DNA of 64,000 bases from the human T2T-CHM13v2.0 reference genome, Homo sapiens, in assembly GCF_009914755.1 (NCBI RefSeq), contig NC_060935.1. One strand, given 5' to 3'. The notes beneath the pieces were generated by a model that saw nothing but the letters and a program-made list of their open reading frames with translations, had not been told where the DNA came from and made no database searches. Shown here piece by piece: positions 59,076 to 64,000 of the stretch. How positions within the stretch are numbered: the stretch's first letter is position 1; each line of letters starts with the position of its first letter. The translations under genes and the position numbers were made by a program.

Positions 59076-60419
59076 CCACAATATGAAGAAGGACTTGGCT
59101 AGACATGGATAGTAGCAGAAATAAATACATTTGATAAGCATAATGAAAAGGGAGACAGAGGAGGGCAAGAAGTGGCAAAGAAAGGAAATTAGCCATCCAA
59201 AATGTCAGAGAAGGGGAGCTAGAAAAATGTATTTCCATTCTCTTCGGCAAAGACAGTCCTGTTACCTGTAAATAGTTCTGTGAAATAGCTCAGACTCTTG
59301 GATAGATAAAAAGAATACCAGAGAGCATCACAGACTTCTTATTTTACAGAAACATAAGGCTCAGAAAAGAGGTAACTTACATAGAGTCCTACAACCAGAG
59401 CACACAGCAGCATCCTCAATGGAATGTCACCTTTGACAGTTGCATTCAGCAGTAGGAAACAGCCATTACAAAGGTGCTGCTAAGAAGCTACAAGTGAAAT
59501 GCACCCATATTTTCTATTTCACTTGCAACCACCTGCTCAGGGGCTCTAATGTTTATAGCTTATGGCAGTGTCCTAGACTATCGAAGTGAATAATAGACAT
59601 GGTGGTCATTTGTCACACACTTGTGCAATTATATCTATATGACTTTATATCTTGCTAAGCATTGACATTAGAATTTAAAAAATACCTTCTACTATTATAA
59701 TCATTCACCTTTAACAAGAGGATATTTTGATCCCAATGAAATAACAAGAGTCTGTCTTTTAAATGTATAAATTTAATTATGTGAGAAATACACTGCATTC
59801 TACTTTTTTTTGCCTCTATCTGTTATTGCAAGATTCACCATTACACCTGCCCATTTGGCAATCTAGCTTCAGGGACCATTGCTGCATATTAGAATAATAT
59901 GCAAACAGGGGGAGATTTGAAACATTAAATGTAACAATTTCATCCTGCTCCTTATAACTTTAATCCAATGGGAGGCTGGAAAAAGAAACATCTTGCACAC
60001 ATGAGCATTTCCCTTGGGAAACCCTGGGAAATCTCCCCATCATATCCATACTACAGAACATAAAAGCAGGCAGCCCTCTGAAGCACAACGGAGCCCACAG
60101 AAGCAGGTTGCTTTGATGAGGGAGCTCCACATTCCTGCTAAGCAAATAGCTGCAGGAAACCTTGAGCTCTAAATTACCGCTCATCCAATACCAGCTCTCT
60201 AAAGAGACATCATAGGAAACTCAGCAAAAGAGAGTTTCTTTTATTTCAAAGTCAACACACTACTAGGTGGGTTCCCCTAATGGAGAAGGTTGGCTGGCCC
60301 CAAGTGGAGTCTATGGGGTTATCTATTAGAAAGATTAATGAAAACCTAACAAAAAAGTCATAATTTCATTTGAATTTTTAAAAATTTTGTTTAAGATCAG
60401 CAGTTGGAAGCTTGTGAAG

Positions 60420-60900
60420 AACATTCTTTCAATCACAAAGCATCTATAGACTATCCACTATATGTAAGGCATGAAGGTGAGGACCCAGAGGTGGAAGTCA
60501 AGGGGCTGACCTCAGAGAGCCTTCCGGCTAAAAGCACAAACAAATAATAAGCACATAGAACAATTACTTATGCAAAACAGGATATTGGAAATGAAAATCA
60601 ATATGGCATAGCCAAGAAATACATATTGGAATTGAGAGAGAGGAGGAGCTGAGATAGAGAGGCTCTCTGGAGGAGATTTTGATTACAGGGCCTGGCACTT
60701 ATTTTACAAATGAAGGTTTGTTAGTAGGAGAACTGCATTAAAACAGTGCTTTGTGATTATTTGGAAGATAAATAACGTGATAAAGATGGGCTGGAAAGAG
60801 AAGGGCAAATCAGGGCACGATTATAGTTACCTGGGCCTGATAAGTGCTAAATGCTGAGTTAGAATAGGGAAGGGACACATTCTAGAGACAATAGGAAGCA
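60420..60900 (-). mobile_element. L2 relic
   Basis: cattctttcaatcacaaagcatctatagactatccactatatgtaaggca...ggctctctggaggag. Confidence 0.5.
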
Positions 60901-61275
60901 AGAGCCTGCTTTGTCTTGCCAGCCCTAAGGGACAGAAAGCAGTGGTTCGAATAATATAAAATAGTGACTAGCTCCAGTCGTCTTCCATTTGTCTTTAAAA
61001 AGTCCTAGATTTAGGGATAAGAAGGCACAACTGATATTAAAGCTACGGTTATATTCTTTGTAGAGAAGGTGTTCATTCAAATATGGAGCAGGCAATAATG
61101 AAAATCATTCTCAGATGTCAAACCATGCCCTGAATCTATAGTGTATTGCCTCAATATGCATTTCTTTCTCCTTGTACCTTGAATAACAGAGGAAGATAAG
61201 TGGCACATGTCTCTAGAAGGCCCTTCAGGAGAAGTCATGTGGGAATTCAGGACCCGGAGATAAATTGGTGGGAAA

Positions 61276-61278
<3 letters not shown>

Positions 61279-61326
<48 letters not shown>
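61279..61326. repeat. (GT)24 microsatellite
   Basis: Read directly. Confidence 0.98.
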
Positions 61327-61330
<4 letters not shown>

Positions 61331-62214
61331 CTGTGTATGCAAGCAAGCCTTTGTGTCCATAGATTCTGCAATCATGCTGTTTTGTGCCTGTCTTCCCTGC
61401 TGCTGCAGTGTCTGTGTCATAAGCAAAATAAAGGGCGATATGCTGAAGGAGTAAGGAAACTGATTGGGGGCATTGCCTCCCATCTGGACCAATGCCCGGA
61501 GAAGCTGAAAATGGCAATTTTGTTTAGTACCTTCATGGGAAAGGTGGCAATGACAGTATCCCAGAGCTATATCACTATATCTCTTCCTGCCTCTCCCATG
61601 TACCATCCTGGTAGGAAAAGGTAAAGAGTGTTAAGAGTTATGGGGGAAAAGGTCCAATTTCCTGTTCTATATACAGAGGAGGATGTCTTCTGATGGATAC
61701 CAATGAGACAGGAAATATGCGGTACAGCCTTATGCAGCTGTATGACTGTTAGTATCACCACATCTTAAGGAATGAGGCCTGCCAACTAATATCTGCACAG
61801 ACTTTGCAAGTTCAGTTGCCAGGGACCACTGGGATATTAAATGTTTCTTCACTCTCCCCAACATAAGAAAACAGTAAGGCCTCCTTAAAGACCCCTGTGG
61901 TTTATTTGTGGCAATCTCAAAGGGTTGATATATTTAAAATAAGTGATGCATAAAAAGTTTTACTTTCAAATATCCAGAGTTGTGGCTGGGTAGCTGCCCT
62001 GGCCAAACTAGAGGCAAAATACTATAACAGGTTGTCGAACTGAGAACACCCAGGATAAGAAGAGGGGGAAAGAGGAAGGAACTATAAAAAGCGGTGAGGT
62101 TAAGGGAAAGAGTTACAGGTCTTACTCAGTGTTATTTCTTTAAACTAAAAGAAATCTAGTATCAAATTATTATTATTATTAATTAGCGGTAGTAGTAAGT
62201 AGTCCCATGTGAGA

Positions 62215-62440
62215 GGCAGCTCAGCATAGTATAAAACCACTGGCTTGACCAAGGGTTCAAAGTAGAGTTTTGCCATTTATTGTCTCTGTGACATGGGTAA
62301 GTCATTGAGCTTATTTGAGCTTCCCTTTCTCACCTTTAAAAAGGGTGCTTACTGCTTATTTGCTTGCGGATTCAATGTCTTTACAAAGGTAAAACCTTTA
62401 GAGGGTGCCTACTCACAGCAAACACTCCATAAATGTTACC
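62215..62440 (+). mobile_element. MIR relic
   Basis: gccatttattgtctctgtgacatgggtaagtcattgagc...ttctcacctttaaaaaggg...ccataaatgttacc. Confidence 0.7.
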
Positions 62441-63379
62441 TATCGCTGATTTTTTTGTATTGTGGTTATTATTGCAGTTGTCAAAAGGGTACGTTGAGAT
62501 AAAATATATAAAATAACTCACTACTATTGCTACCATACAACTGGTACTCAAAAAAGTGGCAGTCTCCTTCATTGCTTTAACTTTCCAGGAAAACCCTACT
62601 CCAACAGTTATTTGTTCTCCCATAGCTTTGAGAAATATATGAACTTGGTTTGATTCTCAATTCTGAGCATGTCACTGCATAAGTAAGAATTAAGTAAGTA
62701 CAGTGTTCCCAATATGGAACACACAGTATTAAGACTTCAAAAGAGGTAAGTCCTTGAACTTGGCAAGCAATCATGTACTTTGAACAGAGCTTCTTAACAA
62801 ATATTTGTATCCAAAGGCCAGATATGAGTTTCCGTCACCTTGCCTATGAAGAAGAAAAAGATGTGTCACCTGGCCCAGATCACCATCCCTGGGTGGGCAG
62901 AATCGAGAGATCTGGAATGGCGTATGTCACTGCTAAGACCTTTGCAACAACAGTTAGATTAAATCAAAGCTAGATTTAAACACATCTATGGCCGGGACAA
63001 GTGACCAGGAGTGTGGGTATTCAAGGCGTTTTAAAGATCCTCTACCAGTGAGCTGTTACTGACTGAAGATGATTCTTTTGTTTTTGCTTTTGTTTCTTCA
63101 TTTCCGAAAAAGGACTTGTAAATTCTCTTTCAAAAACAAAGATCTGTTTCTAAGAGATGAGAGGAATAATGCAAAAATTGCATGAATGCAGATGAAGTTG
63201 TTCCACTGAAAAATTGATCACTACAGCCAGACGATTTGCTGGAAGAACAAAATTCCTTAGTTATTACAACTTCAATACCTATATACAATGTAGCATTACA
63301 GAGAAGTACAAATAAAATTAACCCTTGTAGCAAGTTACATTATGAAACATAGCAACTTGTCCTTCTCACTCTCTACCAC

Positions 63380-63845
63380 CAGACGTATGATAGATATTAG
63401 TGGTTTTGTCTCCAGCACATAATTCCTGTTACCTCTCAATAGCCCCTGAGTTCCATCTGGGGGTGCACTGACCCTCTACTCCCTTACCTTAAAGCCAATG
63501 ATAGTTTATGAGTAGAAATATGACATAAGCTAATCTAATCAGCTGTGATCTCAGGGTGCTCACTGGGAGTGCTGGGACAAAACTGTGGAAATTTCTATGG
63601 TGATATTTGAGGGAATGCAAAACAATGGCTTGATTAAAATAGCCCATGAAAGAGGACTATGCCAAGAGAAATATAGGGAAAACAGAGCAGGAGTCCCTGT
63701 GACATTGGGAACATCTGGATCAAACTACACCTGAACTCCATGTACTGTAGGACTTTTCAATTACATATGTCAGCAAATTCTCTTTTTTGCTTAACCTCGC
63801 TAGACTTTTCCCTTCTTATGTCAAATCCAAGGCATCACAACTGAG
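63380..63845 (+). mobile_element. Old MLT1 LTR
   Basis: atatgacataagctaatctaatcag...catctggatcaaactacacctgaa...ggacttttcaattacatatgtcagcaaattctcttttttgcttaa. Confidence 0.65.
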
Positions 63846-64000
63846 ACAGGTCCAAGAGATCAGTCCCAAAAGAAAACTCGAATATGGATGGATAAAAATC
63901 ATCTACCCAGAATAAATGCAACAAATCTGTTTCATTGATCTCATCAATTCTACTTTCCAAACTACAGCGCTATACAGAAAACAACAGGAATTACACCATT

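Noticed and set aside
61077-61624. Overlapping 84-146-aa ORFs on both strands
   Set aside because: They are kept open by the (GT)n repeat (CVCV/HTHT); no coding evidence.
62078-62100. TATA-like ctataaaaag
   Set aside because: Isolated motif in AT-rich DNA with no other promoter evidence.

Overview
This is AT-rich, CpG-poor primate (human/ape-type) non-coding DNA: a long intron or gene desert with no CpG island and no recognisable intact protein-coding gene. Most of it is interspersed repeat. It holds about 17 Alu/FLAM elements (many with readable target-site duplications, TSDs), a 5'-inverted (twin-primed) L1PA3-like insertion, a 5'-truncated L1PA7-like insertion, older L1M/L1PA 3' ends, an intact solo LTR2 (HERV-E type), two other ERV1-type solo LTRs, MLT1 LTRs, MER3/MER5/MER20 DNA transposons, many MIR/L2 relics and several microsatellites. 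The listed ORFs are Alu, L1, low-complexity or chance frames; only the L1 ORF2 fragments derive from a real protein. I found no novel multi-gene system. Best leads: (1) a strong minus-strand 3'ss-CAG-5'ss site at about 45.84 kb (3-nt microexon or recursive splice site), consistent with a + strand skew of L1/LTR insertions that suggests a minus-strand host gene; (2) a CpG-decayed 5' half of tRNA-Leu at 48.57 kb; (3) a 43-bp perfect palindrome with a template-switch signature at 51.2 kb; (4) the twin-primed L1 and its inverted/direct pairing with the neighbouring L1; (5) several repeat-free, enhancer-like blocks. Subfamily names come from remembered consensus sequences, and boundaries of old repeats are approximate.
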